From: an uncultured Gemmatimonadota bacterium
GTDB taxonomy: Bacteria > JAAXHH01
Length of the DNA: 64,000 nucleotides
Direction: 5' to 3'
NCBI GenBank assembly: GCA_951812955.1
Contig: OX638340.1
Coordinates: 2,464,001-2,528,000 of the forward strand
Under the pieces are notes generated by a model, which saw only the letters and a list, made by a program, of their open reading frames with translations, searched no databases and was not told the DNA's origin. Below are positions 9,267 through 19,641 of the stretch, piece by piece (the first letter of the stretch is position 1; every line of letters begins with the position of its first letter). A program made the translations under genes and the position numbers.

Positions 9267-10184
9267 ATGACCGCTTTCACGTCTGCCCACGATGTCATCC
9301 AGCGCTTCGAAGCCCAGGACTATATCTGCGGTCCCGACCTGGCTACGCCCGTCTTCCTCATGGAACGGCTCGAAAAGCCGTTGCTGGTCGAGGGGCCGCC
9401 GGGCGTGGGGAAGACGGAGATCGCCAAGATGCTGGCCGACGCGCTGGGACGCCGCCTGATCCGCCTGCAGTGCTACGAGGGACTGGACGAATCCAAAGCG
9501 CTCTATGAATGGGAATACACCAAGCAGCTGCTGTATACGCAGATGCTCAAGGACCGCATCGGCGAACTGTTGAAACAGACGGAAACGCTCGGCAACGCGG
9601 TGGAAGCGCTCAACCGGGAGGACAGCGCATTCTTCTCCAGGCAATTCCTGCTCCCGCGGCCCCTGCTGGAGGCGATTCTCGCGCCGGAACCCGTCGTCCT
9701 CCTGGTCGACGAGATAGACCGGTCGGACGATGAGTTCGAAAGCTTCCTCCTCGAGGTGCTGAGCGACTTCCAGGTCAGCATCCCGGAACTCGGCACGCTG
9801 ACCGCGGCGCAGCGCCCCCTCGTGGTGCTGACGAGTAACGCCAACCGGAACCTGTCCGAGGCGCTGAGACGGCGGTGCCTGTATCTCTACATCAATTACC
9901 CCACTCTCGAGCAGGAGGTCCGGATCGTCCTATGCAAGACGCCGGGCATCGACGAGGACCTGGCGAACCAGGTCGTCCGGTTCGTCCAGAAAATCAGAAC
10001 GCTCAACATGCGCAAGCCCCCGAGCATCGCCGAAACGATCGACTGGGCGCTGGCGCTGGTGGTCCTGAACGCGCGGCACCTTTCGCGAGACACCCTTTCC
10101 AGCTCGCTGAACGTCCTGATGAAGGACCGCGAGGATATCGAACGGATCATGCGGGACGGCTACCATGATCAAGCGGCTGGTTGA
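9267..10184 (+). CDS. MoxR-family AAA+ ATPase
   Basis: Walker A GPPGVGKTE; MoxR-like length (305 aa); followed by its VWA partner. Confidence 0.85.
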   Translation: MTAFTSAHDVIQRFEAQDYICGPDLATPVFLMERLEKPLLVEGPPGVGKTEIAKMLADALGRRLIRLQCYEGLDESKALYEWEYTKQLLYTQMLKDRIGELLKQTETLGNAVEALNREDSAFFSRQFLLPRPLLEAILAPEPVVLLVDEIDRSDDEFESFLLEVLSDFQVSIPELGTLTAAQRPLVVLTSNANRNLSEALRRRCLYLYINYPTLEQEVRIVLCKTPGIDEDLANQVVRFVQKIRTLNMRKPPSIAETIDWALALVVLNARHLSRDTLSSSLNVLMKDREDIERIMRDGYHDQAAG

Positions 10185-11370
10185 GTTCGCCAGGACACTG
10201 AGACAATCCGGAGTGCGCGTTTCCATGGCCGAGACCCTGGACGCCGCCGAGGTGTTGCGGCACGCGCCGGTCACCGAACGGCCGGCCTTCAAGGCGTCCC
10301 TGCGGACCACCCTGGTAAAGTCCCACGAGGACATCCCCGCCTTCGACGAGGCCTTCGAACGGTTTTTCCTCGTCCAGGTGGGTGGGGAGACCGAGGGTCC
10401 GCCCGACGGCCATCCCGACCTCGACGACATCCACGATGACGGGGAACAGGACATCCGGCGTTTCCAGGACGAGCAGGGAGAGGCCATGGCCGGGGAAGGG
10501 GAAGGGGAGCCCGCGGACGGCGACGAACCAGATGAATTGGAAGGTGAACTGGAGCGGATGCTCGCCCGCGTGCAGGTGGGTGAACAGGCGTCCGATGCGG
10601 TCACCGAGTCCGGCGCACAGCCGAACCAGCAGGCGGAAGACGTCGATCTCTACCAGGAACTGCCGCCGGGCGACGTCGATAACCTGTACGAGGCGGTGGA
10701 GGAACTCGCCCGGAATCTCGTGACGCGCAAATCGCTGCGATTCAGGAAATCGCGCCACGGCCGGGTCGATATCAAGAAGACGATCCAGCGGAGTTTTCGC
10801 ACGGGCAACCTGCCCTTTCACATCATCTACAAGCACCGCAAGATCAAGAAGAACGAACTGGTCGTGCTGTGCGACGTATCGGGATCGGTCTGGGAGGTCG
10901 CCCGGTTCTTCATCAAGCTGGTCCACGAGATGCAAAACCAGTTCAGCCGGGCCCGCAGTTTTCTATTCGTGGACCGGATCAACGAGGTGACGGACGAGTT
11001 CGACAGCAGGCCCTTCGAAGATACAGTCGAGAACCTGAAGGACGACCATGCCCTTAATTTCTTCGGACTGAGCGATTTCGGCAGGGCCTTCTACCAGTTC
11101 CACGACGAACACCTCCTTTCCCTCTCTGGGAACACGGTGCTCGTCATCCTTGGCGACGCGCGGACGAACTGGTTCGATCCCCAGGACTGGGTACTTGGAG
11201 AATTGAACACAAGGGTGCACCAGACGATCTGGCTGAACCCGGAACCTGTGCAGTACTGGGACACCGACGACTCCGTCATGTCCAAATACAGCCCGCACTG
11301 CGATCACGTGCTGGAATGCCGGAATCTGGTCCAACTTAAGGAGATCGGCGAACTGATCCTCAGGGCCTGA
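10165..11370 (+). CDS. VWA domain protein of the MoxR-associated CoxE-like family
   Basis: VVLCDVSGSVW MIDAS-like segment; acidic linker; overlaps the MoxR stop by 20 nt. Confidence 0.75.
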   Translation: MIKRLVEFARTLRQSGVRVSMAETLDAAEVLRHAPVTERPAFKASLRTTLVKSHEDIPAFDEAFERFFLVQVGGETEGPPDGHPDLDDIHDDGEQDIRRFQDEQGEAMAGEGEGEPADGDEPDELEGELERMLARVQVGEQASDAVTESGAQPNQQAEDVDLYQELPPGDVDNLYEAVEELARNLVTRKSLRFRKSRHGRVDIKKTIQRSFRTGNLPFHIIYKHRKIKKNELVVLCDVSGSVWEVARFFIKLVHEMQNQFSRARSFLFVDRINEVTDEFDSRPFEDTVENLKDDHALNFFGLSDFGRAFYQFHDEHLLSLSGNTVLVILGDARTNWFDPQDWVLGELNTRVHQTIWLNPEPVQYWDTDDSVMSKYSPHCDHVLECRNLVQLKEIGELILRA

Positions 11371-11386
11371 CACCGATCGGACGGGT

Positions 11387-12172
11387 ATGATGACACGTTT
11401 TAAAAACATGAATTGCGTCGTCCTTGCGGCGCTTTGCTGCCTGCTCGGCGTGGCGCTGTGGACGAATCGCGGCGCCGGTGATTCGGGCCACGACCTCTTC
11501 CTGCGCAACGACTTCACCTTTGGCCGGGTAGTATACCAGAATTTCGGGGGCTTCTACCGGGGTTTCGGTTTCGGGCGGTGGTCGGTGGATTTCCCGTCTG
11601 CGGATTCCAACGTGATCCGCGCCCTGCGGGCCACCACTTCTCTCAAGATCAACGAACCGCAATCCGTGGAACTTACCGATCCCGAACTGTTCGATATTCC
11701 CTTTCTGTATATCCTGGAAGTCGGATCCCTGCAGTTCAGTCCGGAGGAAGTGGACGCCCTGCGGGAGTACCTATTGCGCGGGGGGTTCCTTCTGGTGGAC
11801 GACTTCCACGGTTCGCGGCAGTGGGCGGTCTGGGAATCGCAGATCAAGCGGGTGTTTCCCGGGCGGGACATCGAGGAGATACCGGCCGACCACCCGATCC
11901 TGCACTGTTACTATGATTTCGACACCTACCCCCTGGTGCCCGGGATCGCGGCGCTGTGGAACATGAACCACTACGAAAGGGACGGCGCCCTGTACGGCCA
12001 CAGGCTGCGGGGGATATTCGACGACGGCGGAAGGCTCATGGTGCTGATGAACTGGAACGCAGACCTGGGCGACGGCTGGGAACACGCGGCCGATCCCGGG
12101 TATCCGCGGGAGTTTTCCGTAACCGCCTACCGCCTGGCCGTCAATTACGCCATCTACGCGATGACGCATTGA
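11387..12172 (+). CDS. DUF4159 domain protein
   Basis: signal-like N-terminus and DUF4159-type segments (FGGFYRGFGFGRW, PFLYILEVGSLQFSPEEVDALREYLLRGGFLLVDD). Confidence 0.65.
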   Translation: MMTRFKNMNCVVLAALCCLLGVALWTNRGAGDSGHDLFLRNDFTFGRVVYQNFGGFYRGFGFGRWSVDFPSADSNVIRALRATTSLKINEPQSVELTDPELFDIPFLYILEVGSLQFSPEEVDALREYLLRGGFLLVDDFHGSRQWAVWESQIKRVFPGRDIEEIPADHPILHCYYDFDTYPLVPGIAALWNMNHYERDGALYGHRLRGIFDDGGRLMVLMNWNADLGDGWEHAADPGYPREFSVTAYRLAVNYAIYAMTH

Positions 12173-12236
12173 TCCAGCCGGCAGGGATCTCCCCGGACCC
12201 GTCGAGTACCCGCGGTCTCATTCTTTATTCGTTGAA

Positions 12237-13289
12237 TCAATCGGCGGAGGACAGCTGCCTGAGCGCGGAGGTCATCACTTCGACGGACCGGAGATACTCG
12301 TCCAGTACGATGTGCTCGTCCGGCGTATGGTCCAGTCTTGAGTCTCCCGGACCGTAGGCCGCGATCGGGCACCCCCATGCCGGGCCGAGGATGCACATGT
12401 CCGACGTGCCCGTCTTCTTCTTGAAGGTGGGCCGGCCCCCAGCCTGCCGGATGGCCCGCAACAGCGAACGGATCATCGGGGTGTTCTTCGGCGCGACGAT
12501 TCCTACCAGCCGCCGGTCGCATTCGATCTCCGCGGGACCCGCCTGTTCCTTCACGAAGCCGATCAGGCCGTCTATGTCGTATTCCGGCGGCACGCGCATC
12601 GAGAAATAGGCGTCCACGCCTTCGGCCAATCCATGGTCGTAGGTATTGAATCGCCGCATTTCGAGCCGGGGAGACTCGAATTCGCTTTCGGTGGCGTGGG
12701 ATGCTGCGCGGGACCGCAGAGCGTTGTAAAGATCTACGGCCCGGTCCCCCGCCCGCCGATGGTCGCCGGCGTGATGGGCGTTGGGCTGTTCGAGCCGGTA
12801 GTCGAAACCTACGAAACCCTTGTACCCGATGGTGATGCTGTCCCAGCCGCTCGGCTCGCCGATGAATACGTAGCCCGGCCGCATGCGGTCCACCAGGTGG
12901 AAGGCGCCCTTCGACGTGGGGCACTCCTCTTCCACGGCGCCGACCAGGGTGATCCGGCCGTTTTCGAGTTCCGTCAAACGGGAAAGGGCGGCGGCGAAGG
13001 CGGCCAGTGGGCCCTTGGCGTCCACGGCGCCCCGGCCGTATAGGCGGCCGCTTTCTTCGCGTATCGGAACGACGCCCGGTACGGTGTCGATATGCCCGAC
13101 CAGTGCGATATGCGGTTCGCCGCGGCCGACTTCGCCCACGGCGTTTCCCGCCTCGTCCACGTGGGCACGGATCCCCCTCCGTTCCATCCACTCGATCAGG
13201 TAGGAGACCGCCTCGCTCTCCTGCGTTGAGGGACTGAACCGCTCGATAAGGCCCCGCAGCAGCGCGACGTCGTCGCGGGCGTCGCTCAT
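12237..13289 (-). CDS. lysK: [LysW]-lysine/ornithine hydrolase LysK (M20 peptidase, ArgE-like); start at the internal Met MSDARDD
   Basis: M20 motifs HIDTVPG, GAVDAKG; the ORF-track N-terminal extension overlaps lysJ; the chosen start makes an ATGA overlap with the lysJ stop at 13286-13289. Confidence 0.75.
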   Translation of the reverse strand: MSDARDDVALLRGLIERFSPSTQESEAVSYLIEWMERRGIRAHVDEAGNAVGEVGRGEPHIALVGHIDTVPGVVPIREESGRLYGRGAVDAKGPLAAFAAALSRLTELENGRITLVGAVEEECPTSKGAFHLVDRMRPGYVFIGEPSGWDSITIGYKGFVGFDYRLEQPNAHHAGDHRRAGDRAVDLYNALRSRAASHATESEFESPRLEMRRFNTYDHGLAEGVDAYFSMRVPPEYDIDGLIGFVKEQAGPAEIECDRRLVGIVAPKNTPMIRSLLRAIRQAGGRPTFKKKTGTSDMCILGPAWGCPIAAYGPGDSRLDHTPDEHIVLDEYLRSVEVMTSALRQLSSAD

Positions 13290-14554
13290 TTCCCCTCCCG
13301 GGCCGCGGTTCGGCCGCGGCCGGCGCGACGCCGATCCCGGCTGTTTCCTTCCCCGCGTCCCGGGCCGGACCGGCCGGACGACGGGTTTTCTCCAAGGGCG
13401 TCCAGTGCTTCGTGCGTTGCCGCCACAACCTGGTCGATTTCCTCCGTGGAGATCGACAGCGGCGGCAGGAACCGCAGCACGGTATTGCCCGCGGGCAGGG
13501 CTAGTACACCCCGTTCCATGAGCCCGCGCAGTACGGGCGTGACCCGGCTCTTCAGCTCGACGCCGATGATCAGGCCCATGCCCCGTATCTCCCGTACGGC
13601 GGGGTGGGCCAACGCCGCGAGGCCTTCCCGGAAATACCCGCCGGCCTCCCTGGCGTTCTCGACAAGGCCTTCCTCGTCCAGCACACGCAGAGTCGCCAGC
13701 CCCGCCGCGCAGATCACCGGGCTGCCGCCGAAGGTGTTTCCGTGGGACATGGACGGGACGCCCTGGACCGCGTCCCCGCAGAGCGCCGCGCCGACGGGGA
13801 GCCCTCCGGCCATGGCCTTGGCCAGGCAGAGGATGTCCGGCCGTATACCGTGGTGCTCGCAGGCAAACATGGCGCCCGTTCTGCCGAACCCGGTCTGCAC
13901 CTCGTCCACGATGAACAAAGCGCCCCGTTCCCTGCAAAGGGCCTCTACCCGCTTCAGGTACCCACCGTCGGCCACACGCACGCCGCCCTCTCCCTGCACG
14001 ACCTCGAGGATGACCGCGGCGGTCTCCTCGCCGATGGCTTCTTCCATGGCGGCGGGATCATTGTATCTGACGTGGGAGAATCCGGGCACGAGGGGTTCAA
14101 AGGGGGCGCGATACTTGGGGTTCCACGTCGCGCTCAATGCGCCGAAGGTGCGTCCGTGGAATCCGCGCTGGGCCGCGATCACGCCGGTTTTTCCCGTGAC
14201 GGCCCGGGCGAATTTCAACGCCGCTTCCACCGCCTCCGTACCGGAGTTGCACAGGAACAGCCGGTCGAGCCCCGCCGGGGCCGCCTCGACCAGGGCCGCG
14301 CCCAGTTCCGCACGCACATCGTTGTAGAAGGAGTCCGGGCATATCGTGAGGCGGTTCACCTGCCGCGTGACCGCTTCGGCCACGGCCGGGTGGCTGTGGC
14401 CAATGTTGGCCGTGCCGATCCCGCCGATGCAGTCGATGTATTCCTTACCGGCGGCGTCCCATACACGCGTGCCGCGGCCGCGGACGATCACCGCGTCGCG
14501 TTTCGGCAGGATGCCCATGGAAACGCCATTTTCCATTGTCTGGTAGTCTGTCAT
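13286..14554 (-). CDS. lysJ: acetylornithine/[LysW]-aminoadipate-semialdehyde aminotransferase (class III PLP)
   Basis: GIRPDILCLAKAMAGGLPVGA PLP-lysine region; ArgD/LysJ-like throughout. Confidence 0.85.
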   Translation of the reverse strand: MTDYQTMENGVSMGILPKRDAVIVRGRGTRVWDAAGKEYIDCIGGIGTANIGHSHPAVAEAVTRQVNRLTICPDSFYNDVRAELGAALVEAAPAGLDRLFLCNSGTEAVEAALKFARAVTGKTGVIAAQRGFHGRTFGALSATWNPKYRAPFEPLVPGFSHVRYNDPAAMEEAIGEETAAVILEVVQGEGGVRVADGGYLKRVEALCRERGALFIVDEVQTGFGRTGAMFACEHHGIRPDILCLAKAMAGGLPVGAALCGDAVQGVPSMSHGNTFGGSPVICAAGLATLRVLDEEGLVENAREAGGYFREGLAALAHPAVREIRGMGLIIGVELKSRVTPVLRGLMERGVLALPAGNTVLRFLPPLSISTEEIDQVVAATHEALDALGENPSSGRSGPGRGEGNSRDRRRAGRGRTAAREGK

Positions 14555-14576
14555 GTTCCCCGTACTCCTGTTTTCG

Positions 14577-15374
14577 TTACCCGATTACCGTGCCCTGTCC
14601 ACGCAGCGCAGCCGTGACGGGTCCGGGTATCCTCCCGTCGCCCAGGATCACCTTTCCCACCCCGACTTCCAGCGCCTCTTTCGCGCCGAGCAGCTTCTTC
14701 TTCATGCGGTCCCGGGCGTGGGTCGCGATCGCCTCGTCTATGTCCTCACGGGCGAGGCGGGGGATCAGCGTGTCTTCGTCCTCGGCGTCCTCGAGGAATC
14801 CAGGCGTGTTGGAAAGGATGACCAGCCTGTCCGCCCCGAGGGCGTCGGCGATCACGGCGGCCGCCCGGTCGCCGTCCACGTTGATGATCTCCCCCTCGTA
14901 GCTGATGGCCGGCGGCGTGATGACCGGCAGGTAACCCTGGTCCAGCAATGAGGTCAGCAGCGGTACGTTCGCCTTCTCGACCCGGCCTGTGTAATCGTTT
15001 CTCAGGACCTTCTTCCGGCCGTCCTCCACGATCCGGAGGGTGGGTTTCCGCCTGCCCTCGAGGAGGCGACCGTCGACCCCGCTCAGTCCTACGGCGTTGG
15101 CGCCGAGCTGCTGCAGTTTCTCCACGATGCGCTTGTTTCGCTTGCCGCAATACACCATGTTGAAGATATCCAGCGTCTCCGGATCGGTATATCGGCTCGT
15201 GTACCCGGAGGGCGACGTGACCATGCGGGGCGGCTTGCCCAGTTGTGTCGATACGGTGTTCAATTCGTCGGAACCGCCGTGCACCAGCACCAGCGGTTCG
15301 GTCTGCCGCGCGATGTCCTCCAGTACGTAGTCCAGGTTGATGCCCCTGCTGCCTCCGGTCTTCACCACGATCAT
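14577..15374 (-). CDS. lysZ: [LysW]-aminoadipate/glutamate kinase (amino-acid kinase family)
   Basis: MIVVKTGGS N-terminus and AAK fold; ATGA overlap with the hisS stop. Confidence 0.8.
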   Translation of the reverse strand: MIVVKTGGSRGINLDYVLEDIARQTEPLVLVHGGSDELNTVSTQLGKPPRMVTSPSGYTSRYTDPETLDIFNMVYCGKRNKRIVEKLQQLGANAVGLSGVDGRLLEGRRKPTLRIVEDGRKKVLRNDYTGRVEKANVPLLTSLLDQGYLPVITPPAISYEGEIINVDGDRAAAVIADALGADRLVILSNTPGFLEDAEDEDTLIPRLAREDIDEAIATHARDRMKKKLLGAKEALEVGVGKVILGDGRIPGPVTAALRGQGTVIG

Positions 15375-16636
15375 GCCGTGCCGCCTCCCTTAACCGCGTC
15401 CAGCACCTCCCACCTGGGAAGGGCCGTCTGCGTACTGTCCGCCATGCGCCGTACCATGACGACGCCGTTTTTCACCTCTTCTTCGCCGATGATCAGGGTG
15501 TATGCGGCACCGATCCGGTCGGCCTGCTTCATCTGGGCCTTCAGGCTGCGGTCCTCCCACAGGGCCGCCGCGCCCACGCCGGCCGAGCGAAGTTCCTGTG
15601 CCAGGACCACGGCGGCGTCCTTGGCCTCGGCGCCGAGATAGGCAACGAACACGGCAGGTTTCGGCACTTCCGGGGGTTCGATCCCCTCCTGCTTCATCGT
15701 GAGGATGATGCGCTCTATGCCCGACGCGAAGCCGATAGCCGGCGTTTCGGGTCCGCCCACCATTCCGATCAGTCCGTCGTACCGCCCGCCCCCGCACACC
15801 GCGTTCTGCGCGCCGATGCCCTCTGCCCAGACCTCGAACACCGTCTTCGTATAGTAGTCGAGTCCCCGCACCATGCGGTGGTTGACCTCGTAAGGGCGGC
15901 CCAGGGCGTCCAGGTACGACCTCAGCTGGACGAAGTGGTCATTGCATGCACCGCACAGGGATTTCGCGATCCGCGGCGCCCCCTCCGCTATCTTCCCGCA
16001 GGATTCCCGCTTGCAATCCAGAAGCCGCAGCGGGTTCTCGCCATAGCGGCGCCGGCAATCATCGCAGATCCCGTCCAGGTGCTGTTCGTACCAAGCCTTC
16101 AGCGTAGCGATGTATCCAGGCCGGCAAGCGGGACACCCCGTACTGTTCACCTGGAAGGACAGCCCCTTGATGCCGACGGCTTCGTAGATCTGCCAGGCGA
16201 CCTGCATCACCTCGAGGTCGATGGCCGGGTCCTGGCTGCCCAGTACCTCCACGTCGACCTGGTAGAACTGGCGGTATCTTCCCGCCTGCGGACGTTCGTA
16301 CCGGAAAGCCGGACCGATCGTATAGAGTCTCAGGGGCTGGGGCCTGCCATGGAGCTTGCGCTCGGCGTAGGCTCGGCAGATCCCCGCCGTGAATTCGGGC
16401 CGCAGCGTCATGCGCTCGTCACTCCGGTCGCGGAAGGTGTACATCTCCTTCTCCACGATGTCCGTGGTCTCGCCGACGCCCCGCTCGAAGAGGCCGGTCT
16501 GCTCGAAGACGGGCACGTCGATCCGCTCGTAGCCGTACAGTTCGCAGACCTGCCGGGTCATCTCGGTCACGAACCGCCAGTAGGCCTGGTCCTCCGGCAG
16601 GATGTCGTAGGTGCCTCTCGGTGCCTGGAATTTCAT
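15371..16636 (-). CDS. hisS: histidine--tRNA ligase
   Basis: MKFQAPRGTYDILPED..., class II aaRS motifs; start at the internal Met with AGGAAG upstream. Confidence 0.9.
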   Translation of the reverse strand: MKFQAPRGTYDILPEDQAYWRFVTEMTRQVCELYGYERIDVPVFEQTGLFERGVGETTDIVEKEMYTFRDRSDERMTLRPEFTAGICRAYAERKLHGRPQPLRLYTIGPAFRYERPQAGRYRQFYQVDVEVLGSQDPAIDLEVMQVAWQIYEAVGIKGLSFQVNSTGCPACRPGYIATLKAWYEQHLDGICDDCRRRYGENPLRLLDCKRESCGKIAEGAPRIAKSLCGACNDHFVQLRSYLDALGRPYEVNHRMVRGLDYYTKTVFEVWAEGIGAQNAVCGGGRYDGLIGMVGGPETPAIGFASGIERIILTMKQEGIEPPEVPKPAVFVAYLGAEAKDAAVVLAQELRSAGVGAAALWEDRSLKAQMKQADRIGAAYTLIIGEEEVKNGVVMVRRMADSTQTALPRWEVLDAVKGGGTA

Positions 16637-16668
16637 TTTGGTCTTCCTATACCGGTCTATACCGGTTC

Positions 16669-17712
16669 CTATACCGGATGCAGGCCCGGAAACTCGAGGC
16701 CCGTCCGTTCGTCCCACCCGTACATGATGTTGAGCGCCTGAACGGCCTGGCCGGCCGCGCCCTTGACCAGGTTGTCCAGCGCCCCCATGACCACGACGCG
16801 GTCGCTGTGCTCGTCCCGTTCGAACCCGACGTCGCAGAAGTTGGTGCCCGACAGGAACTTCGGATCGGGATAGCGGAACACGCCCTGCCGCTCCTTGATG
16901 ATGCGGATGAAGGGCTCCCGTCCATAGGCCTCCCGGTAGATACTCCAGATTTCCCGTTCTGACAGGCCGTCGTTCACGAAGGCGTGGGTCGTCATCAGGA
17001 TGCCGCGCACCAGTTCGATGGCCGTCGCGGAGAAATGGACCTGCGGCGCCTGTCCCCCGAAAGTCAGTTCCTGCACGATCTCTGCCGTATGGCGATGACC
17101 CGTAGGCTTGAAAGAGCGCACCGCGCCGCTTCGGTCGGGGTGGTGGGTGGACCGGTCGGCCCGGTTACCGGCAGCGGAGGACCCGATCTTGCCCTCCATG
17201 TAGAGACGCGAGGGGTCCACCGCGCCAGCCCGCACCAGGGGCGCCAGCGACAGGATCGCCGTGGCGGCCAGGCAACCGGTGCACGCGACGTGCTCGGCGT
17301 CCCGTATCTCGTCACGGTACAGTTCGGCCAGGCCGTACACGAAGCGGTCCAGCATCTCCGGGTGCGCGTGCTCGTGCCCGTACCACGTGGGATAGTCCGC
17401 CGCGTTCCGCAGGCGGAAGTCCGCGCTCAGGTCGATGATGCGGCCGCCCAGGCCCGAAAAGGCGTCCCATCGTTTCATGGCCTCCCCGTGGGGCAGGCAC
17501 AGGCACAATACGTCGCAGGGCTCCAGGTCGGCCATGGCGCTGAATTTCAGGTCCGTGACTCTGCGGAGGTTGGGATGGGCGCGTCCGACGGGCTTGCCGG
17601 CCTGCGATTCCGACGTCACCTGATGGATTTCTATTTCGGGGTGGAAGAGCAGCAGCCGAAGCAGTTCGCCGCCGCCGTACCCGGACGCTCCTGCGATCGA
17701 CACCTTGATCAT
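16669..17712 (-). CDS. lysY: [LysW]-aminoadipyl/glutamyl-phosphate reductase (ArgC/LysY)
   Basis: [24 protein letters not shown]-binding N-terminus; catalytic Cys region VACTGCLA. Confidence 0.85.
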   Translation of the reverse strand: MIKVSIAGASGYGGGELLRLLLFHPEIEIHQVTSESQAGKPVGRAHPNLRRVTDLKFSAMADLEPCDVLCLCLPHGEAMKRWDAFSGLGGRIIDLSADFRLRNAADYPTWYGHEHAHPEMLDRFVYGLAELYRDEIRDAEHVACTGCLAATAILSLAPLVRAGAVDPSRLYMEGKIGSSAAGNRADRSTHHPDRSGAVRSFKPTGHRHTAEIVQELTFGGQAPQVHFSATAIELVRGILMTTHAFVNDGLSEREIWSIYREAYGREPFIRIIKERQGVFRYPDPKFLSGTNFCDVGFERDEHSDRVVVMGALDNLVKGAAGQAVQALNIMYGWDERTGLEFPGLHPV

Positions 17713-18536
17713 GATCGGGCCACCTTTACCAGGTAGTCTATGATGCGCCCGGGAATGTCCACACCCGTTGGCCGGACGCTGTTACGGAATTCCATGGTGT
17801 AGTTCACCTCGTTGACCAGGATCCCCTCGGGAGATTCAAGCAGGTCGACCGCCACCACGCCGCCGCCCACCGCTTCCGCCGCGCGGGAGGACAGCGTCCC
17901 CACGTCCCCGTCGATGGGACAGTCCGCGGTCGTTCCCCCCAGGGCTGTGTTGGTCTTCCAGTGATCCGAATAGCGGTAGACGGCGCAGATGGTTTCGCCG
18001 TCGACCACGAAGGACCGGATATCCCGCCCGGGCTTCTCCACGTACTCCTGGATATAGAACACGGAGTGGTGATAGGACCCCAGGACCTCCTTGTGCTCCA
18101 GCACCGCTTCCGCCGCGTGGCGGTCGTTGATGCGGGCGATCAGCCGTCCCCACGATCCGATGGGCGGCTTGAGTACGACGGGGTAACCCATGGTTTCCAT
18201 CACCTCCAGCGCCGCTTCCGCCGTGAAGGCCACGCGCGCCTTCGGCGTCGGTACGCCGTGATCCACCAGCGCCATGGTCGTCAGGAACTTGTTCCCGCAC
18301 ACGCGGGCCACGTCGTAGGTGTTAACCGTCCTGATACCGCTGGCGTTCAGCATCTTGAGCGAGTAGAGCGCCCTGGAGTGGTTGACGCACCGCTCCAGGA
18401 TGACGTCGTGGTCGTACCGGTGGTTCTCCAGGTCGAAGATGATGCGCCGGTCGTCCATCCGGTCGAAGGCGACGCCCCGTTTCGCAGCCGCCTCGAAGAG
18501 CATCTTCTGTTCCGTGGATACAATGGAAAGTAGCAT
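17709..18536 (-). CDS. lysX: RimK-type ATP-grasp ligase, LysX/ArgX family (start at [10 protein letters not shown]; the ORF-track 510-aa form is an artefactual extension)
   Basis: ATP-grasp RimK-like sequence; 8-nt gap to the upstream paralog stop. Confidence 0.8.
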   Translation of the reverse strand: MLLSIVSTEQKMLFEAAAKRGVAFDRMDDRRIIFDLENHRYDHDVILERCVNHSRALYSLKMLNASGIRTVNTYDVARVCGNKFLTTMALVDHGVPTPKARVAFTAEAALEVMETMGYPVVLKPPIGSWGRLIARINDRHAAEAVLEHKEVLGSYHHSVFYIQEYVEKPGRDIRSFVVDGETICAVYRYSDHWKTNTALGGTTADCPIDGDVGTLSSRAAEAVGGGVVAVDLLESPEGILVNEVNYTMEFRNSVRPTGVDIPGRIIDYLVKVARS

Positions 18537-18544
18537 GCCGATCT

Positions 18545-19399
18545 TCACGATGCCCTGCCTCCCTTCGTCACCGTATCCGCTACGTAGTCCATGATTTTGC
18601 CCGGTATATTGACCCCGGTGGCGTCCGACGCGTCGGAAAGGCCGGACGGCGGGCCCATCTCCTGCACGTACCAGGCGTCCTTCGTGCGGACCATGTCCAC
18701 CACCGCGACGCCGCCGCCAATGGCCTCGACGGCAGAGACCGCCAGGCCGTTCAACTCCTCCGTTACGGGTTCGTTCTCCATCAGGCCGCCGGCGGCGATG
18801 GTCCCGATCCAGTGATGGGTCAGCACCGACACGGCGGCCACCGTCTCGCCACCCACCACGTACGCCCGTATGTCGTGACCAGGCGCATCGATATGTTTCT
18901 GCATGAAGAAGATGGAATGGTGATAAGCGCCGAGTATGCGTTTGTGCTCCAGGACCGTCGCCGCCGTATACTTGTCTCCTATGCGGGAAACGAGCTGGTC
19001 CTCGGGGCCCTCCGCGGGTCTCAATACGACCGGGTATCCCATGTCTTCCATTGCCTTGAGCGCCGAGTCCGGCGTATAGGCCAGGCGCATGTCCGGAACC
19101 GGGACGCCCCTCTCCCGCAACGCCAGGGTCGTCAGCAGCCGGTTTCCGTAGGTCTCCACCACGGACTGCCGATTCACCGTGGGTATGCCCCAGTGGTCGA
19201 ACACGGAGAGCGCGTATACGGCCCGGTGGTGATCGACGCACCGTTCCAGGACCACGTCCAGGTCCATGTGCCGGCGGTCGAGTTCGAAGACCTGCCGGGA
19301 ATTGTCGATCGTCGTCACGTCGAAACCGCGCAGACCCGCTTCGGCGATCAGCCGCTTTTCGTCCTTTCGGATCCGAGACAGCACAATGCCCATTTCCAT
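18545..19399 (-). CDS. second RimK-type ATP-grasp ligase, LysX/ArgX-family paralog
   Basis: 284 aa, colinear with the downstream paralog and visibly similar to it (for example GYPVVL[KR]P, HHS[VI]F); amino-acid identity not counted. Confidence 0.8.
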   Translation of the reverse strand: MEMGIVLSRIRKDEKRLIAEAGLRGFDVTTIDNSRQVFELDRRHMDLDVVLERCVDHHRAVYALSVFDHWGIPTVNRQSVVETYGNRLLTTLALRERGVPVPDMRLAYTPDSALKAMEDMGYPVVLRPAEGPEDQLVSRIGDKYTAATVLEHKRILGAYHHSIFFMQKHIDAPGHDIRAYVVGGETVAAVSVLTHHWIGTIAAGGLMENEPVTEELNGLAVSAVEAIGGGVAVVDMVRTKDAWYVQEMGPPSGLSDASDATGVNIPGKIMDYVADTVTKGGRAS

Positions 19400-19430
19400 G
19401 GTTCCCGCACCTTCTTCCTGGTCATGCCAT

Positions 19431-19481
19431 ACAAAAAAAGGAGCCGGCCTCTTCGCTCAATCGGAAGAGGAACCTGGCTCC
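19431..19481 (-). terminator. intrinsic terminator between lysW and the lysX paralogs
   Basis: minus-strand RNA GGAGCCAGGUUCCUCUUC-loop-GAAGAGGCCGGCUCC followed by UUUUUUUGU. Confidence 0.6.
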
Positions 19482-19641
19482 TGTCAGTTCCCTTGGTCCG
19501 GTTATGCCCCGTAGGGGATCAACACGGACCGCGATGAGCGAACGAACGCAAATCACAATCATGGTATCCATGTTTATGTTTCATTCGTTTATTCATCGCC
19601 GTTTCCTGTTCTCGTTTGAACCCGCAATGCGGGTGAGGGGC

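Noticed and set aside
12237-13937. ORF-track N-terminal extensions: lysK 566 aa, lysX 510 aa, mnmE 687 aa, ccmA 281 aa, hisS 448 aa, rnpA 214 aa, dnaN 401 aa and rsmG 245 aa.
   Set aside because: The extensions overlap the upstream genes and are low-complexity. Internal starts give canonical protein N-termini, SD sequences and 4-8 nt gene junctions.
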